A stretch of 64,000 nt of DNA from Escherichia coli (GTDB lineage Bacteria > Pseudomonadota > Gammaproteobacteria > Enterobacterales > Enterobacteriaceae): NCBI RefSeq assembly GCF_003790525.1, contig NZ_CP033635.1. One strand, given 5' to 3'. Positions 36,097 through 49,852 of the stretch are shown here, piece by piece. The number at the start of each line of letters is the position of its first letter. Position 1 is the first letter of the stretch. Both the position numbers and the translations under genes were made by a program. Below the pieces are notes generated by a model. The model was given only the letters and a program-made list of their open reading frames with translations, was not told the DNA's origin and searched no databases.

Positions 36097-37365
36097 ATGA
36101 TTATCAAACGCACTCCTCAAGCCGCGTCGCCTCTGGCTTCGTGGCTTTCTTATCTGGAAAACCTGCACAGTAAAACTATCGATCTCGGCCTTGAGCGCGT
36201 GAGCCAGGTCGCGGCGCGTCTTGGCGTTCTGAAACCAGCGCCATTTGTGTTTACCGTTGCGGGTACGAATGGCAAAGGCACCACTTGCCGTACGCTGGAG
36301 TCGATTCTGATGGCGGCAGGGTACAAAGTGGGCGTCTACAGTTCGCCGCATCTGGTGCGTTATACCGAGCGCGTACGCGTGCAGGGCCAGGAATTGCCGG
36401 AATCGGCCCACACCGCCTCTTTTGCGGAGATTGAATCGGCACGCGGTGATATTTCCTTGACCTATTTCGAGTACGGTACGCTGTCGGCGTTGTGGCTGTT
36501 CAAACAGGCACAACTTGACGTGGTGATTCTGGAAGTAGGGCTGGGCGGTCGTCTGGACGCAACCAATATTGTCGATGCCGATGTCGCGGTAGTAACCAGC
36601 ATTGCGCTGGATCATACCGACTGGCTGGGGCCAGATCGCGAAAGTATTGGTCGCGAGAAAGCAGGCATCTTCCGCAGCGAAAAACCGGCAATTGTCGGTG
36701 AGCCGGAAATGCCTTCTACCATTGCTGATGTGGCGCAGGAAAAAGGTGCAATGCTACAACGTCGGGGCGTTGAGTGGAACTATTCCGTCACCGATCATGA
36801 CTGGACGTTTAGCGATGCTCACGGCACGCTGGAAAATCTGCCGTTGCCGCTTGTCCCGCAACCGAATGCCGCAACGGCGCTGGCGGCACTGCGTGCCAGC
36901 GGGCTGGAGGTCAGTGAAAATGCCATTCGCGACGGGATTGCCAGCGCAATTTTGCCAGGACGTTTCCAGATTGTGAGCGAGTCGCCACGCGTTATTTTTG
37001 ATGTCGCGCATAATCCACATGCGGCGGAATATCTCACCGGGCGTATGAAAGCGCTACCGAAAAACGGGCGCGTGCTGGCGGTTATCGGTATGCTACATGA
37101 TAAAGATATTGCCGGAACTCTGGCCTGGTTGAAAAGCGTGGTTGATGACTGGTATTGTGCGCCCCTGGAAGGGCCGCGCGGTGCCACGGCAGAACAACTG
37201 CTTGAGCATTTGGGTAACGGCAAATCATTTGATAGCGTGGCGCAGGCATGGGATGCCGCAATGGCGGACGCTAAAGCGGAAGATACCGTGCTGGTGTGTG
37301 GTTCGTTCCACACGGTCGCACATGTCATGGAAGTGATTGACGCGAGGAGAAGCGGTGGCAAGTAA
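36097..37365 (+). CDS. folC: Dihydrofolate synthase / folylpolyglutamate synthase FolC
   Basis: 422-aa ORF with P-loop GTNGKGT. Confidence 0.93.
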   Translation: MIIKRTPQAASPLASWLSYLENLHSKTIDLGLERVSQVAARLGVLKPAPFVFTVAGTNGKGTTCRTLESILMAAGYKVGVYSSPHLVRYTERVRVQGQELPESAHTASFAEIESARGDISLTYFEYGTLSALWLFKQAQLDVVILEVGLGGRLDATNIVDADVAVVTSIALDHTDWLGPDRESIGREKAGIFRSEKPAIVGEPEMPSTIADVAQEKGAMLQRRGVEWNYSVTDHDWTFSDAHGTLENLPLPLVPQPNAATALAALRASGLEVSENAIRDGIASAILPGRFQIVSESPRVIFDVAHNPHAAEYLTGRMKALPKNGRVLAVIGMLHDKDIAGTLAWLKSVVDDWYCAPLEGPRGATAEQLLEHLGNGKSFDSVAQAWDAAMADAKAEDTVLVCGSFHTVAHVMEVIDARRSGGK

Positions 37366-38017
37366 GTTTCAGAATCGGTTAGTGGGCACGATCGTGCTGG
37401 TGGCGCTGGGGGTGATTGTACTTCCAGGGCTGCTGGACGGGCAGAAAAAACATTATCAGGATGAGTTCGCGGCTATCCCGCTGGTGCCGAAAGCGGGCGA
37501 TCGCGATGAGCCTGATATGATGCCAGCAGCCACTCAGGCGTTGCCGACGCAGCCGCCGGAAGGCGCAGCGGAAGAGGTGCGGGCAGGTGATGCCGCAGCA
37601 CCGTCGCTCGATCCGGCCACTATTGCAGCCAATAACACCGAGTTTGAACCGGAACCTGCACCGGTCGTCCCACCGAAGCCGAAACCGGTAGAGCCGCCTA
37701 AGCCAAAGGTTGAAGCACCACCTGCGCCGAAGCCAGAACCGAAGCCGGTCGTGGAAGAAAAAGCAGCGCCAACGGGTAAAGCTTATGTTGTGCAACTGGG
37801 CGCGCTGAAAAATGCCGATAAAGTGAATGAGATTGTCGGTAAGCTGCGCGGTGCCGGTTATCGGGTTTATACGTCGCCATCCACGCCAGTGCAGGGTAAA
37901 ATTACCCGTATTCTGGTTGGGCCGGATGCCTCGAAAGATAAGCTGAAAGGTTCGCTGGGTGAGTTGAAGCAACTTTCTGGCTTAAGCGGCGTGGTAATGG
38001 GTTATACACCGAATTAA
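37355..38017 (+). CDS. dedD: Cell division protein DedD (SPOR domain)
   Basis: GTG start gives 220-aa MASKFQNRLVGTIVLVALG...; Pro/Lys-rich linker; ORF-track TTG start at 37337 is an alternative. Confidence 0.88.
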   Translation: MASKFQNRLVGTIVLVALGVIVLPGLLDGQKKHYQDEFAAIPLVPKAGDRDEPDMMPAATQALPTQPPEGAAEEVRAGDAAAPSLDPATIAANNTEFEPEPAPVVPPKPKPVEPPKPKVEAPPAPKPEPKPVVEEKAAPTGKAYVVQLGALKNADKVNEIVGKLRGAGYRVYTSPSTPVQGKITRILVGPDASKDKLKGSLGELKQLSGLSGVVMGYTPN

Positions 38018-38076
38018 TATGGTCTTGCCTGATGCGATACTAACGCGTCTTATCTGGTACAGATAAGGCGTTCACG
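38017..38076. repeat. BIME with two REP units
   Basis: GCCTGATGCGATACTAACGCGTCTTATC followed by GATAAGGCGTTCACGCCGCATCCG. Confidence 0.7.
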
Positions 38077-38252
38077 CCGCATCCGACACGCATTGCCCGA
38101 TGCCGCAAAGGCATAAAAAGTCGATGGCGTTGAATATTTTTTCAGCGCCATTTTTATTGATGCGCGGGAAGGAAATCCCTACGCAAACGTTTTCTTTTTC
38201 TGTTAGAATGCGCCCCGAACAGGATGACAGGGCGTAAAATCGTGGGACACAT

Positions 38253-38741
38253 ATGGTCTGGATTGATTACGCCATAATCGCGGTGATTGCTTTTTCCTCT
38301 CTGGTTAGCCTGATCCGCGGCTTTGTTCGTGAAGCGTTATCGCTGGTGACATGGGGTTGTGCTTTCTTTGTTGCCAGTCATTACTACACTTACCTGTCAG
38401 TCTGGTTTACGGGCTTTGAAGACGAACTGGTTCGAAATGGGATTGCCATCGCGGTACTGTTTATCGCTACCCTGATTGTTGGTGCTATCGTGAACTTCGT
38501 GATAGGCCAGTTGGTGGAGAAAACGGGGTTGTCAGGCACCGATCGGGTGCTGGGCGTCTGTTTCGGTGCGTTGCGCGGTGTGTTGATTGTTGCTGCCATT
38601 CTCTTCTTTCTCGACTCCTTTACCGGGGTGTCGAAAAGCGAAGACTGGAGCAAATCACAGCTGATCCCGCAGTTCAGTTTTATCATCAGATGGTTTTTTG
38701 ATTATCTGCAAAGCTCGTCAAGTTTCTTGCCCAGAGCGTAA
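38253..38741 (+). CDS. cvpA: Colicin V production protein CvpA
   Basis: 162-aa membrane ORF immediately upstream of purF. Confidence 0.9.
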   Translation: MVWIDYAIIAVIAFSSLVSLIRGFVREALSLVTWGCAFFVASHYYTYLSVWFTGFEDELVRNGIAIAVLFIATLIVGAIVNFVIGQLVEKTGLSGTDRVLGVCFGALRGVLIVAAILFFLDSFTGVSKSEDWSKSQLIPQFSFIIRWFFDYLQSSSSFLPRA

Positions 38742-38777
38742 GTGCTCTGAGATGTGGCTTAACGAGGAAAAAGACGT

Positions 38778-40295
38778 ATGTGCGGTATTGTCGGTATCGC
38801 CGGTGTTATGCCGGTTAACCAGTCGATTTATGATGCCTTAACGGTGCTTCAGCATCGCGGTCAGGATGCCGCCGGCATCATCACCATAGATGCCAATAAC
38901 TGCTTCCGTTTGCGTAAAGCGAACGGGCTGGTGAGCGATGTATTTGAAGCTCGCCATATGCAGCGTTTGCAGGGCAATATGGGCATTGGTCATGTGCGTT
39001 ACCCTACGGCTGGCAGCTCCAGCGCCTCTGAAGCGCAGCCGTTTTACGTTAACTCCCCGTATGGCATTACGCTTGCCCACAACGGCAATCTGACCAACGC
39101 TCACGAGTTGCGTAAAAAACTGTTTGAAGAAAAACGCCGCCACATCAACACCACTTCCGACTCGGAAATTCTGCTTAATATCTTTGCCAGCGAACTGGAC
39201 AACTTCCGCCACTACCCGCTGGAAGCCGACAATATTTTCGCTGCCATCGCTGCTACAAACCGCTTAATCCGCGGCGCGTATGCCTGTGTGGCGATGATCA
39301 TCGGCCACGGTATGGTTGCTTTCCGCGATCCTAACGGGATTCGTCCGCTGGTACTGGGAAAACGTGATATTGACGAGAACCGTACAGAATATATGGTCGC
39401 TTCCGAAAGCGTAGCGCTCGATACGCTGGGCTTTGATTTCCTGCGTGACGTCGCGCCGGGCGAAGCGATTTACATCACTGAAGAAGGGCAGTTGTTTACC
39501 CGTCAATGTGCTGACAATCCGGTCAGCAATCCGTGCCTGTTTGAGTATGTATACTTTGCTCGCCCGGACTCGTTCATCGACAAAATTTCCGTTTACAGCG
39601 CGCGTGTGAATATGGGTACGAAACTGGGCGAGAAAATTGCCCGCGAATGGGAAGATCTGGAAATCGACGTGGTGATCCCGATCCCGGAAACCTCGTGTGA
39701 TATCGCGCTGGAAATTGCGCGTATTCTAGGCAAGCCGTACCGCCAGGGCTTCGTTAAAAACCGCTATGTTGGCCGCACCTTTATCATGCCGGGCCAGCAG
39801 CTGCGTCGTAAGTCCGTGCGCCGTAAACTGAACGCCAACCGCGCCGAGTTCCGCGATAAAAACGTCCTGCTGGTCGACGACTCCATCGTCCGTGGCACCA
39901 CTTCTGAGCAGATTATCGAGATGGCACGCGAAGCCGGAGCGAAGAAAGTGTACCTCGCTTCTGCGGCACCGGAAATTCGCTTCCCGAACGTTTACGGTAT
40001 CGATATGCCGAGCGCCACGGAACTGATCGCTCACGGTCGCGAAGTAGATGAAATTCGCCAGATCATCGGTGCTGACGGGTTGATTTTCCAGGATCTGAAC
40101 GATCTGATCGAAGCCGTTCGCGCTGAAAACCCGGATATCCAGCAGTTTGAATGCTCGGTATTCAACGGCGTCTACGTCACCAAAGATGTTGATCAGGGCT
40201 ACCTCGATTTCCTCGATACGTTACGTAATGACGACGCCAAAGCAGTGCAACGTCAGAACGAAGTGGAAAATCTCGAAATGCATAACGAAGGATGA
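38778..40295 (+). CDS. purF: Amidophosphoribosyltransferase PurF
   Basis: 505-aa ORF beginning MCGIVGI (N-terminal nucleophile Cys). Confidence 0.95.
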   Translation: MCGIVGIAGVMPVNQSIYDALTVLQHRGQDAAGIITIDANNCFRLRKANGLVSDVFEARHMQRLQGNMGIGHVRYPTAGSSSASEAQPFYVNSPYGITLAHNGNLTNAHELRKKLFEEKRRHINTTSDSEILLNIFASELDNFRHYPLEADNIFAAIAATNRLIRGAYACVAMIIGHGMVAFRDPNGIRPLVLGKRDIDENRTEYMVASESVALDTLGFDFLRDVAPGEAIYITEEGQLFTRQCADNPVSNPCLFEYVYFARPDSFIDKISVYSARVNMGTKLGEKIAREWEDLEIDVVIPIPETSCDIALEIARILGKPYRQGFVKNRYVGRTFIMPGQQLRRKSVRRKLNANRAEFRDKNVLLVDDSIVRGTTSEQIIEMAREAGAKKVYLASAAPEIRFPNVYGIDMPSATELIAHGREVDEIRQIIGADGLIFQDLNDLIEAVRAENPDIQQFECSVFNGVYVTKDVDQGYLDFLDTLRNDDAKAVQRQNEVENLEMHNEG

Positions 40296-40389
40296 TGCCT
40301 TCGCTCAGGGTGCCGTTCTGGCACCCTGACTTGCAACTCCCGCCGAAATCCTGCAAAGTCTGCCTGCAAGTCTGACAGGGCAACTATTT

Positions 40390-40959
40390 ATGAAACGACT
40401 CATTGTAGGCATCAGCGGTGCCAGCGGCGCGATTTATGGCGTGCGTTTATTACAGGTTCTGCGCGATGTCACAGATATCGAAACGCATCTGGTAATGAGC
40501 CAGGCAGCGCGCCAGACCTTATCCCTCGAAACGGATTTTTCCCTGCGCGAAGTGCAGGCATTAGCCGATGTGACGCACGATGCGCGCGATATTGCTGCCA
40601 GCATTTCTTCCGGTTCTTTCCAGACGTTGGGGATGGTGATTTTACCCTGTTCAATCAAAACCCTGTCCGGCATTGTCCATAGCTATACTGATGGCTTACT
40701 GACCCGTGCGGCAGATGTGGTGCTGAAAGAGCGTCGCCCGTTGGTGCTCTGCGTGCGTGAAACGCCACTGCACTTAGGCCATCTGCGTTTAATGACTCAG
40801 GCGGCAGAAATCGGTGCGGTGATTATGCCTCCCGTTCCGGCGTTTTATCATCGCCCACAATCCCTTGATGATGTGATAAATCAGACGGTTAATCGTGTTC
40901 TTGACCAGTTTGCAATAACCCTTCCTGAAGATCTCTTTGCCCGCTGGCAGGGCGCATAA
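40390..40959 (+). CDS. ubiX: Flavin prenyltransferase UbiX
   Basis: 189-aa ORF MKRLIVGISGASGAIYG..., flavoprotein fold. Confidence 0.92.
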   Translation: MKRLIVGISGASGAIYGVRLLQVLRDVTDIETHLVMSQAARQTLSLETDFSLREVQALADVTHDARDIAASISSGSFQTLGMVILPCSIKTLSGIVHSYTDGLLTRAADVVLKERRPLVLCVRETPLHLGHLRLMTQAAEIGAVIMPPVPAFYHRPQSLDDVINQTVNRVLDQFAITLPEDLFARWQGA

Positions 40960-41130
40960 CTCCGCTGTTGCCCTGTTTCAGGGCAATTTTGCAACCGCGA
41001 TCAAATCCTCGACATTTTGTTTCTGCCATTCAATCGAAACGCTGCGATTCAACCGCTATACCTGCTATCTTCAACTTCATGACAATAATGCAACGTCTTA
41101 TTAACATATTTAACGTTGAATGTTACTGCT

Positions 41131-41146
41131 GTCGTCAAGATGGCAT
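41131..41146 (+). promoter_or_regulatory. Candidate sigma-54 promoter of argT
   Basis: TGGCATaagacCTGCA has GG-N10-GC spacing of the sigma-54 -24/-12 consensus, about 80 bp upstream of argT; argT is known to be NtrC/sigma-54 controlled. Confidence 0.5.
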
Positions 41147-41224
41147 AAGACCTGCATGAAAGAGCCTGCAAACACACAACACAATACACAACATAAAAAA
41201 GCCATTTTCACTTGAGGGTTATGT

Positions 41225-42007
41225 ATGAAGAAGTCGATTCTCGCTCTGTCTTTGTTAGTCGGTCTCTCCGCAGCGGCTTCCAGCTATGCGGCGCTACCGG
41301 AGACGGTACGTATCGGAACCGATACCACCTATGCGCCGTTCTCGTCGAAAGATGCTAAAGGTGATTTTGTTGGCTTTGATATCGATCTCGGTAACGAGAT
41401 GTGCAAACGGATGCAGGTGAAATGTACCTGGGTTGCCAGCGACTTTGACGCGCTGATCCCCTCACTGAAAGCGAAAAAAATCGACGCCATTATTTCGTCG
41501 CTCTCCATTACCGATAAACGTCAGCAGGAGATTGCTTTCTCCGACAAGCTGTACGCCGCAGACTCTCGTCTGATTGCTGCCAAAGGTTCACCGATTCAGC
41601 CAACGCTGGATTCACTGAAAGGTAAACATGTTGGTGTGCTGCAGGGATCAACCCAGGAAGCGTATGCCAATGATAACTGGCGCAGTAAGGGGGTCGATGT
41701 GGTGGCCTATGCTAACCAGGATTTGGTCTATTCCGATCTGGCTGCAGGACGCCTGGATGCTGCGTTACAAGATGAGGTTGCTGCCAGCGAAGGTTTCCTT
41801 AAGCAACCCGCCGGTAAAGATTTCGCCTTTGCAGGCCCATCAGTGAAAGACAAAAAATACTTCGGTGACGGCACCGGTGTAGGGCTGCGTAAAGATGATG
41901 CTGAACTGACGGCGGCCTTCAATAAGGCGCTTAACGAGCTGCGTCAGGACGGCACCTACGACAAGATGGCGAAAAAGTATTTCGACTTTAATGTCTACGG
42001 TGACTGA
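41225..42007 (+). CDS. argT: Lysine/arginine/ornithine periplasmic binding protein ArgT
   Basis: 260-aa signal-peptide ORF; paralogue of downstream hisJ. Confidence 0.92.
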   Translation: MKKSILALSLLVGLSAAASSYAALPETVRIGTDTTYAPFSSKDAKGDFVGFDIDLGNEMCKRMQVKCTWVASDFDALIPSLKAKKIDAIISSLSITDKRQQEIAFSDKLYAADSRLIAAKGSPIQPTLDSLKGKHVGVLQGSTQEAYANDNWRSKGVDVVAYANQDLVYSDLAAGRLDAALQDEVAASEGFLKQPAGKDFAFAGPSVKDKKYFGDGTGVGLRKDDAELTAAFNKALNELRQDGTYDKMAKKYFDFNVYGD

Positions 42008-42227
42008 TACGTCGCAGGGAAGCTGTACCTGATGGAATGATCATCATGGTGCACGCCAGGTTTGTTGCACTATCGTGGTGCATTGAAATGCATACTTAAG
42101 CATTTTTAATGAAAAATAATACGTCTAACGGGGCGGGATATTTTGCCTTGATGGTCAATTTTATGGCACGATAAGTGTAACAAACCTGTAAATATTCCCT
42201 ATAAAAAGACAGTCAGTTGAGGACATT

Positions 42228-43010
42228 ATGAAAAAACTGGTGCTATCGCTCTCTCTGGTTCTGGCCTTCTCCAGCGCAACTGCGGCGTTTGCTGCGATTC
42301 CGCAAAACATCCGCATCGGTACCGATCCGACCTATGCGCCATTTGAATCAAAAAATTCACAAGGTGAACTGGTTGGCTTCGATATCGATCTGGCGAAGGA
42401 GTTGTGCAAACGCATCAATACGCAATGTACGTTTGTCGAAAACCCACTGGATGCGTTAATCCCGTCCTTAAAAGCGAAGAAGATTGACGCCATCATGTCA
42501 TCGCTTTCCATTACGGAAAAACGTCAGCAAGAAATAGCCTTCACCGACAAACTGTACGCTGCCGATTCTCGTCTGGTGGTGGCGAAAAATTCCGACATTC
42601 AGCCGACAGTCGAATCGCTGAAAGGCAAACGGGTAGGCGTATTGCAGGGCACCACCCAGGAGACGTTCGGTAACGAACACTGGGCACCAAAAGGCATTGA
42701 AATCGTCTCGTATCAGGGGCAGGACAACATTTATTCTGACCTGACTGCCGGACGTATTGATGCCGCGTTCCAGGATGAGGTCGCTGCCAGCGAAGGTTTC
42801 CTCAAGCAGCCAGTCGGCAAAGATTACAAATTCGGTGGCCCGTCTGTTAAAGATGAAAAACTGTTTGGCGTAGGGACAGGCATGGGCCTGCGTAAAGAAG
42901 ATAACGAACTGCGCGAGGCACTGAACAAAGCCTTTGCCGAAATGCGCGCTGACGGTACTTACGAGAAATTAGCGAAAAAGTACTTCGATTTTGATGTTTA
43001 TGGTGGTTAA
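42228..43010 (+). CDS. hisJ: Histidine periplasmic binding protein HisJ
   Basis: 260-aa signal-peptide ORF, highly similar to ArgT; precedes hisQMP. Confidence 0.92.
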   Translation: MKKLVLSLSLVLAFSSATAAFAAIPQNIRIGTDPTYAPFESKNSQGELVGFDIDLAKELCKRINTQCTFVENPLDALIPSLKAKKIDAIMSSLSITEKRQQEIAFTDKLYAADSRLVVAKNSDIQPTVESLKGKRVGVLQGTTQETFGNEHWAPKGIEIVSYQGQDNIYSDLTAGRIDAAFQDEVAASEGFLKQPVGKDYKFGGPSVKDEKLFGVGTGMGLRKEDNELREALNKAFAEMRADGTYEKLAKKYFDFDVYGG

Positions 43011-43099
43011 TCGCCATCGGTGAAAGAAAGTCCGCTCCCTTCGGGTAACCGGAGGGAGACAAGAGGCGGTAATTCACCACACACGACAGGACAGGCAGC

Positions 43100-43786
43100 A
43101 TGTTGTATGGGTTTTCAGGTGTTATTTTACAGGGGGCGCTCGTCACGCTGGAGCTGGCTATCAGCTCTGTAGTGCTCGCTGTAATCATCGGTTTAATTGG
43201 CGCTGGCGGTAAGCTCTCGCAAAATCGGCTTTCGGGGCTGATTTTCGAAGGGTACACCACGCTGATTCGAGGCGTGCCGGACTTGGTGTTGATGCTGCTA
43301 ATTTTCTACGGTTTGCAGATTGCACTAAACACGGTGACGGAGGCGATGGGCGTCGGGCAGATTGATATTGATCCGATGGTCGCAGGTATTATCACTCTCG
43401 GTTTTATCTACGGAGCTTACTTTACCGAAACGTTTCGTGGCGCGTTTATGGCAGTGCCGAAAGGACATATAGAGGCGGCGACGGCGTTCGGTTTTACTCG
43501 TGGGCAAGTGTTTCGGCGGATCATGTTTCCGGCGATGATGCGTTACGCCCTGCCAGGCATTGGCAACAACTGGCAGGTGATCCTCAAATCTACCGCACTG
43601 GTTTCGTTACTCGGCCTGGAAGATGTGGTCAAAGCCACGCAGCTGGCAGGCAAAAGTACCTGGGAACCGTTCTATTTCGCTATCGTCTGTGGCGTGATTT
43701 ATCTTGTTTTCACCACCGTTTCCAATGGTGTGCTGCTGTTCCTTGAGCGCCGCTACTCCGTGGGTGTGAAGAGGGCTGACCTGTGA
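43100..43786 (+). CDS. hisQ: Histidine ABC transporter permease HisQ
   Basis: 228-aa membrane ORF. Confidence 0.92.
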   Translation: MLYGFSGVILQGALVTLELAISSVVLAVIIGLIGAGGKLSQNRLSGLIFEGYTTLIRGVPDLVLMLLIFYGLQIALNTVTEAMGVGQIDIDPMVAGIITLGFIYGAYFTETFRGAFMAVPKGHIEAATAFGFTRGQVFRRIMFPAMMRYALPGIGNNWQVILKSTALVSLLGLEDVVKATQLAGKSTWEPFYFAIVCGVIYLVFTTVSNGVLLFLERRYSVGVKRADL

Positions 43787-44499
43787 TCGAAATCTTACAT
43801 GAATACTGGAAACCACTGCTGTGGACTGACGGTTATCGCTTTACTGGCGTGGCGATCACCCTGTGGCTGCTGATTTTGTCGGTAGTGATAGGCGGAGTTC
43901 TGGCGCTGTTTCTGGCGATTGGTCGCGTCTCAAGTAATAAATACATCCAGTTTCCAATCTGGTTATTTACCTATATTTTTCGCGGTACGCCGCTGTATGT
44001 TCAGTTGCTGGTGTTCTATTCCGGCATGTACACGCTGGAGATTGTTAAGGGAACCGAGTTCCTTAACGCCTTTTTTCGCAGTGGCCTGAACTGTACCGTG
44101 CTGGCGCTGACGCTTAACACCTGTGCTTACACCACCGAGATTTTTGCCGGAGCGATCCGTTCAGTGCCGCATGGGGAAATCGAAGCCGCCAGAGCCTATG
44201 GCTTCTCGACCTTTAAAATGTATCGCTGCATTATTTTGCCTTCTGCGCTGCGTATTGCGTTACCGGCATACAGCAACGAAGTGATCCTGATGCTGCACTC
44301 TACTGCGCTGGCGTTTACGGCCACTGTGCCGGATCTGCTGAAAATAGCCCGCGATATTAACGCCGCCACGTATCAACCTTTTACCGCCTTCGGCATTGCC
44401 GCGGTGCTCTATTTAATCATCTCTTATGTCCTGATCAGCCTCTTTCGCAGAGCGGAAAAACGCTGGTTGCAGCATGTGAAACCTTCTTCAACGCACTGA
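43783..44499 (+). CDS. hisM: Histidine ABC transporter permease HisM
   Basis: 238-aa membrane ORF overlapping hisQ stop. Confidence 0.92.
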   Translation: MIEILHEYWKPLLWTDGYRFTGVAITLWLLILSVVIGGVLALFLAIGRVSSNKYIQFPIWLFTYIFRGTPLYVQLLVFYSGMYTLEIVKGTEFLNAFFRSGLNCTVLALTLNTCAYTTEIFAGAIRSVPHGEIEAARAYGFSTFKMYRCIILPSALRIALPAYSNEVILMLHSTALAFTATVPDLLKIARDINAATYQPFTAFGIAAVLYLIISYVLISLFRRAEKRWLQHVKPSSTH

Positions 44500-44506
44500 G
44501 AATACG

Positions 44507-45280
44507 ATGTCCGAGAATAAATTAAACGTTATCGATTTGCACAAACGCTACGGCGAACACGAAGTGCTGAAAGGGGTTTCACTGCAAGCGAATGCCGGAG
44601 ATGTAATTAGCATCATCGGATCGTCGGGATCGGGGAAAAGTACCTTTCTGCGCTGCATTAACTTCCTCGAAAAACCGAGCGAAGGATCGATCGTGGTCAA
44701 TGGCCAGACGATCAATCTGGTGCGCGACAAAGATGGTCAACTCAAAGTCGCCGATAAAAATCAGCTGCGCTTACTGCGCACACGCCTGACGATGGTATTC
44801 CAGCACTTCAATCTCTGGAGCCATATGACGGTGCTGGAAAACGTCATGGAAGCGCCGATTCAGGTGTTGGGCCTGAGCAAGCAGGAAGCGCGCGAGCGGG
44901 CGGTGAAGTATCTGGCGAAAGTCGGGATAGACGAACGTGCGCAGGGGAAATATCCGGTGCATCTTTCCGGCGGTCAGCAACAGCGTGTTTCCATCGCAAG
45001 GGCGCTGGCAATGGAACCGGAAGTTTTACTGTTTGATGAACCTACCTCGGCGCTCGATCCTGAACTGGTAGGCGAAGTGTTGCGTATTATGCAGCAACTG
45101 GCAGAAGAGGGGAAAACCATGGTGGTGGTGACCCACGAAATGGGCTTTGCTCGCCATGTTTCTACTCACGTCATTTTTCTCCATCAGGGGAAAATAGAGG
45201 AAGAAGGCGCGCCGGAGCAGTTATTTGGCAACCCGCAAAGCCCTCGTCTGCAACAGTTCCTTAAGGGATCGCTGAAATAA
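44507..45280 (+). CDS. hisP: Histidine ABC transporter ATP-binding protein HisP
   Basis: 257-aa ORF with Walker [18 protein letters not shown] signature, [11 protein letters not shown]alker B. Confidence 0.95.
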   Translation: MSENKLNVIDLHKRYGEHEVLKGVSLQANAGDVISIIGSSGSGKSTFLRCINFLEKPSEGSIVVNGQTINLVRDKDGQLKVADKNQLRLLRTRLTMVFQHFNLWSHMTVLENVMEAPIQVLGLSKQEARERAVKYLAKVGIDERAQGKYPVHLSGGQQQRVSIARALAMEPEVLLFDEPTSALDPELVGEVLRIMQQLAEEGKTMVVVTHEMGFARHVSTHVIFLHQGKIEEEGAPEQLFGNPQSPRLQQFLKGSLK

Positions 45281-45286
45281 TTCCCC

Positions 45287-45317
45287 CTCCGGTAGCTAAC
45301 GCTGCCGGAGTATTTTC
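45287..45317 (+). terminator. Probable intrinsic terminator after hisP
   Basis: CTCCGGtagctaacgctgCCGGAG followed by TATTTTC. Confidence 0.5.
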
Positions 45318-45476
45318 AAGGGAAATTTGCGAGTCCGCTTCCGCTGAAATGTAAAAGTTGCAGCCCGCTAAAAATACTTCTGAATTCGCTGTCCAAAGAT
45401 AAAAACTGCCTGCTGCATTGGGTGTTAATCGTGGTTATTGTCGCGTCATCTTAAATTTGAGGGGTGACGGAACGCC

Positions 45477-46379
45477 ATGACAATATCGACAACTTCCACG
45501 CCGCATGATGCGGTATTTAAATCTTTTTTACGCCATCCAGACACCGCCCGGGATTTTATTGATATTCATCTCCCCGCGCCGCTGCGCAAACTGTGTGATT
45601 TAACGACGCTTAAACTGGAACCAAACAGTTTTATTGATGAAGACCTGCGGCAATATTATTCCGACCTCTTGTGGTCTGTGAAAACGCAGGAGGGAGCGGG
45701 TTATATTTATGTGGTGATAGAGCACCAAAGTAAGCCGGAAGAATTAATGGCTTTTCGCATGATGCGCTATTCCATTGCGGCGATGCAAAACCATCTTGAT
45801 GCAGGCTATAAAGAGCTTCCATTGGTGATCCCGATGCTGTTTTATCATGGTTGCAGAAGTCCTTATCCTTATTCACTCTGCTGGCTTGATGAATTTGCCG
45901 AGCCTGCTATAGCCCGCAAAATATATTCATCAGCTTTTCCGCTGGTGGATATTACCGTGGTGCCGGATGACGAGATTATGCAACATCGCAAAATGGCGCT
46001 GTTGGAGTTAATTCAGAAACATATTCGTCAGCGCGATCTGTTGGGATTAGTCGACCAAATTGTTTCGCTGCTAGTTACAGGAAACACTAATGACAGGCAG
46101 CTAAAAGCCCTGTTTAATTACGTATTACAAACGGGAGATGCCCAGCGTTTCCGTGCATTTATTGGTGAGATAGCGGAACGCGCACCACAAGAAAAGGAGA
46201 AACTGATGACTATTGCTGACAGATTACGTGAAGAAGGGCGGAATGATGGATTAATTCTGGGCAAACGCGAAGAAGCCCTGCGTATTGCTCAGGAGATGCT
46301 GGAGAGAGGTTTAGACAGAGAGTTAGTTATGATGGTGACCCGACTTTCACCAGACGATCTTATCGCGCAAAGCCACTAA
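45477..46379 (+). CDS. rpnB: Recombination-promoting nuclease RpnB (YfcI; transposase_31 / PD-(D/E)xK family)
   Basis: 300-aa ORF; synteny between hisP and yfcH. Confidence 0.8.
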   Translation: MTISTTSTPHDAVFKSFLRHPDTARDFIDIHLPAPLRKLCDLTTLKLEPNSFIDEDLRQYYSDLLWSVKTQEGAGYIYVVIEHQSKPEELMAFRMMRYSIAAMQNHLDAGYKELPLVIPMLFYHGCRSPYPYSLCWLDEFAEPAIARKIYSSAFPLVDITVVPDDEIMQHRKMALLELIQKHIRQRDLLGLVDQIVSLLVTGNTNDRQLKALFNYVLQTGDAQRFRAFIGEIAERAPQEKEKLMTIADRLREEGRNDGLILGKREEALRIAQEMLERGLDRELVMMVTRLSPDDLIAQSH

Positions 46380-46426
46380 TCCTGTAACACCGGGAGTTAA
46401 CTGGCGGATGTTTGCAGTAAACCACA

Positions 46427-47320
46427 TCAGCGAACAACATCCGCCAGCGCCTCTTCTAAATCGTACCAGCGAAACGCAAATCCCGCTTCTTCCAGCCGTT
46501 TAGGCAGCGCGCGTTGTCCACCTAATACCAGTACTGAAGATTCGCCCATTAACAGCCGAATGGCGGTTGCGGGGACGCGCAAAATAGCCGGGCGATGCAG
46601 CGCATGACCGAGCGCATGGGCAAATTGTTCATTGCGTACCGGGTAGGGCGAAACCATATTAAATGGCCCGCGCAGCTCGTTATCCAGCAGCCAGAGAATG
46701 CCGTTGACCATATCATCAATATGAATCCAGGCCAGATACTGCCGACCGGAACCAATCGGCCCGCCCAGGCCAAGACGAAACGGCGGCAGCATTTTACCGA
46801 GAATACCGCCATCCGGTGCCAGCACTACGCCGGTACGCAGCAGGCACACTCGCGTTTTGTCACTTTGTGCCCGACAGGCAATTTCTTCCCAGCGGGCGCA
46901 GAGTTTATGGGTAAATTCGTTATGCGGCGGTTCCTCTTCGGTAACCACCACTTCACCTAAGTCGCCATAATAGCCCGTTGCCGAGCCGGAAATGAGTACC
47001 GACGGTGGCGTGTCGCTGGCATTAATCAAATCGACCAGTTTTTGCGTGATATTCCAGCGGCTTTGGCAGAGACGCTCTTTTTGCTCGTGAGTCCAGCGTT
47101 TATCAGCAATCGGCTCTCCGGCCAGGTTGATTACCGCATCAAAGCCGTTGAGGTTACTTTGATCGGCAAGCCCTTGCCATAGTGTCACCCGAGGGCCGAG
47201 AACGGAACTGGCTTTCTGCGGGTTACGCGTCACTACCGTGATTTGATGGCCCAGATCCAGCAAACGCGGAATCAAATGGCGACCAATTAATCCCGTCCCT
47301 CCGGTGATCACTATCTTCAT
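46427..47320 (-). CDS. yfcH: NAD-dependent epimerase/dehydratase family protein YfcH
   Basis: 297-aa ORF with Rossmann motif ITGGTGLIG. Confidence 0.88.
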   Translation of the reverse strand: MKIVITGGTGLIGRHLIPRLLDLGHQITVVTRNPQKASSVLGPRVTLWQGLADQSNLNGFDAVINLAGEPIADKRWTHEQKERLCQSRWNITQKLVDLINASDTPPSVLISGSATGYYGDLGEVVVTEEEPPHNEFTHKLCARWEEIACRAQSDKTRVCLLRTGVVLAPDGGILGKMLPPFRLGLGGPIGSGRQYLAWIHIDDMVNGILWLLDNELRGPFNMVSPYPVRNEQFAHALGHALHRPAILRVPATAIRLLMGESSVLVLGGQRALPKRLEEAGFAFRWYDLEEALADVVR

Positions 47321-47340
47321 GCAGCCTCCCGATATGGCGG

Positions 47341-47703
47341 TTAACGCTGCCAGCTTAAGGTCATGGATACCGAATCGGCGTAGCGCAGCGCGTGCAGTTT
47401 ATCGATCTCCACTTCAGCATACGTCACCCAGTGATGTTCACGTGCGATATCGAGCACATCCTGAGTTAATTTTTCCAGCAAAGAGAAACGGTTATTCTCT
47501 ACATGCTGAATAATGTTTTTCGTTACGGTGCGATAATTCAGCGCATCGTTGATATCTTCGCTAGTGCGCGCTTTATCGGCGGGGTAGTGGATCGTCACAT
47601 TGATAACAATATCCTGACGGTTGTTAATTTCTTCTTCCTTAATTCCGATAAACGTACGTAAACGAAGGTTCTTTATACGAATAATAGCGGCAGGTTGTGC
47701 CAT
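47341..47703 (-). CDS. folX: Dihydroneopterin triphosphate 2'-epimerase FolX
   Basis: 120-aa ORF; synteny upstream of yfcH. Confidence 0.9.
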
Positions 47704-47759
47704 TGCAGGTTCTCCGTTGTTTTACTTAGGATGAAATAATACACGAGAACCTGTTTCTG

Positions 47760-49237
<1,478 letters not shown>

Positions 49238-49240
49238 TGA

Positions 49241-49795
49241 GTGATGAAACTGATGTTTGCATCGGACATTCATGGGTCGTTACCGGCGACGGAACGTGTT
49301 CTGGAGTTGTTTGCCCAAAGCGGTGCCCAGTGGCTGGTGATCCTTGGCGACGTGTTGAATCACGGCCCGCGTAATGCTTTACCGGAGGGTTACGCGCCAG
49401 CCAAAGTCGCTGAACGGCTTAATGAAGTGGCACATAAGGTTATCGCTGTGCGCGGCAACTGCGACAGCGAAGTGGATCAAATGCTGCTGCATTTCCCGAT
49501 AACCGCGCCGTGGCAACAGGTATTACTGGAAAAACAACGTCTGTTTTTGACGCATGGTCATCTTTTTGGCCCGGAAAACCTACCTGCTTTAAACCAGAAC
49601 GATGTGCTGGTGTACGGTCATACCCATCTGCCAGTGGCAGAACAGCGGGGGGAGATTTTCCACTTCAACCCCGGCTCGGTGAGTATTCCTAAAGGCGGTA
49701 ATCCGGCGAGTTATGGCATGCTGGATAATGACGTACTTAGTGTAATCGCACTCAATGATCAAAGTATCATTGCGCAGGTCGCGATTAATCCGTAA
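49241..49795 (+). CDS. yfcE: Mn-dependent phosphodiesterase YfcE (calcineurin-like)
   Basis: 184-aa ORF with metallophosphatase motifs (DIHG, GDVLNHG, GNCD). Confidence 0.88.
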   Translation: MMKLMFASDIHGSLPATERVLELFAQSGAQWLVILGDVLNHGPRNALPEGYAPAKVAERLNEVAHKVIAVRGNCDSEVDQMLLHFPITAPWQQVLLEKQRLFLTHGHLFGPENLPALNQNDVLVYGHTHLPVAEQRGEIFHFNPGSVSIPKGGNPASYGMLDNDVLSVIALNDQSIIAQVAINP

Positions 49796-49852
49796 TTTAC
49801 CCACAACTCAAAATGCGCCGTAAGAGCGCCAGAAAAAGAAGGTTTCCTGATA

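Noticed and set aside
37379-37972. 197-aa minus-strand ORF
   Set aside because: Antisense to dedD; mirror of the Pro/Lys-rich linker coding region.
40304-40327. Hairpin CAGGGTGCCgttctGGCACCCTG after purF as a terminator
   Set aside because: No U-tract follows and ubiX is thought to be co-transcribed with cvpA-purF; more likely a non-terminating structure.
42008-42227. Sigma-54 promoter upstream of hisJ (TGGCACgataaGTGTA)
   Set aside because: Has TGGCAC but lacks the GC dinucleotide at the -12 position; not called.
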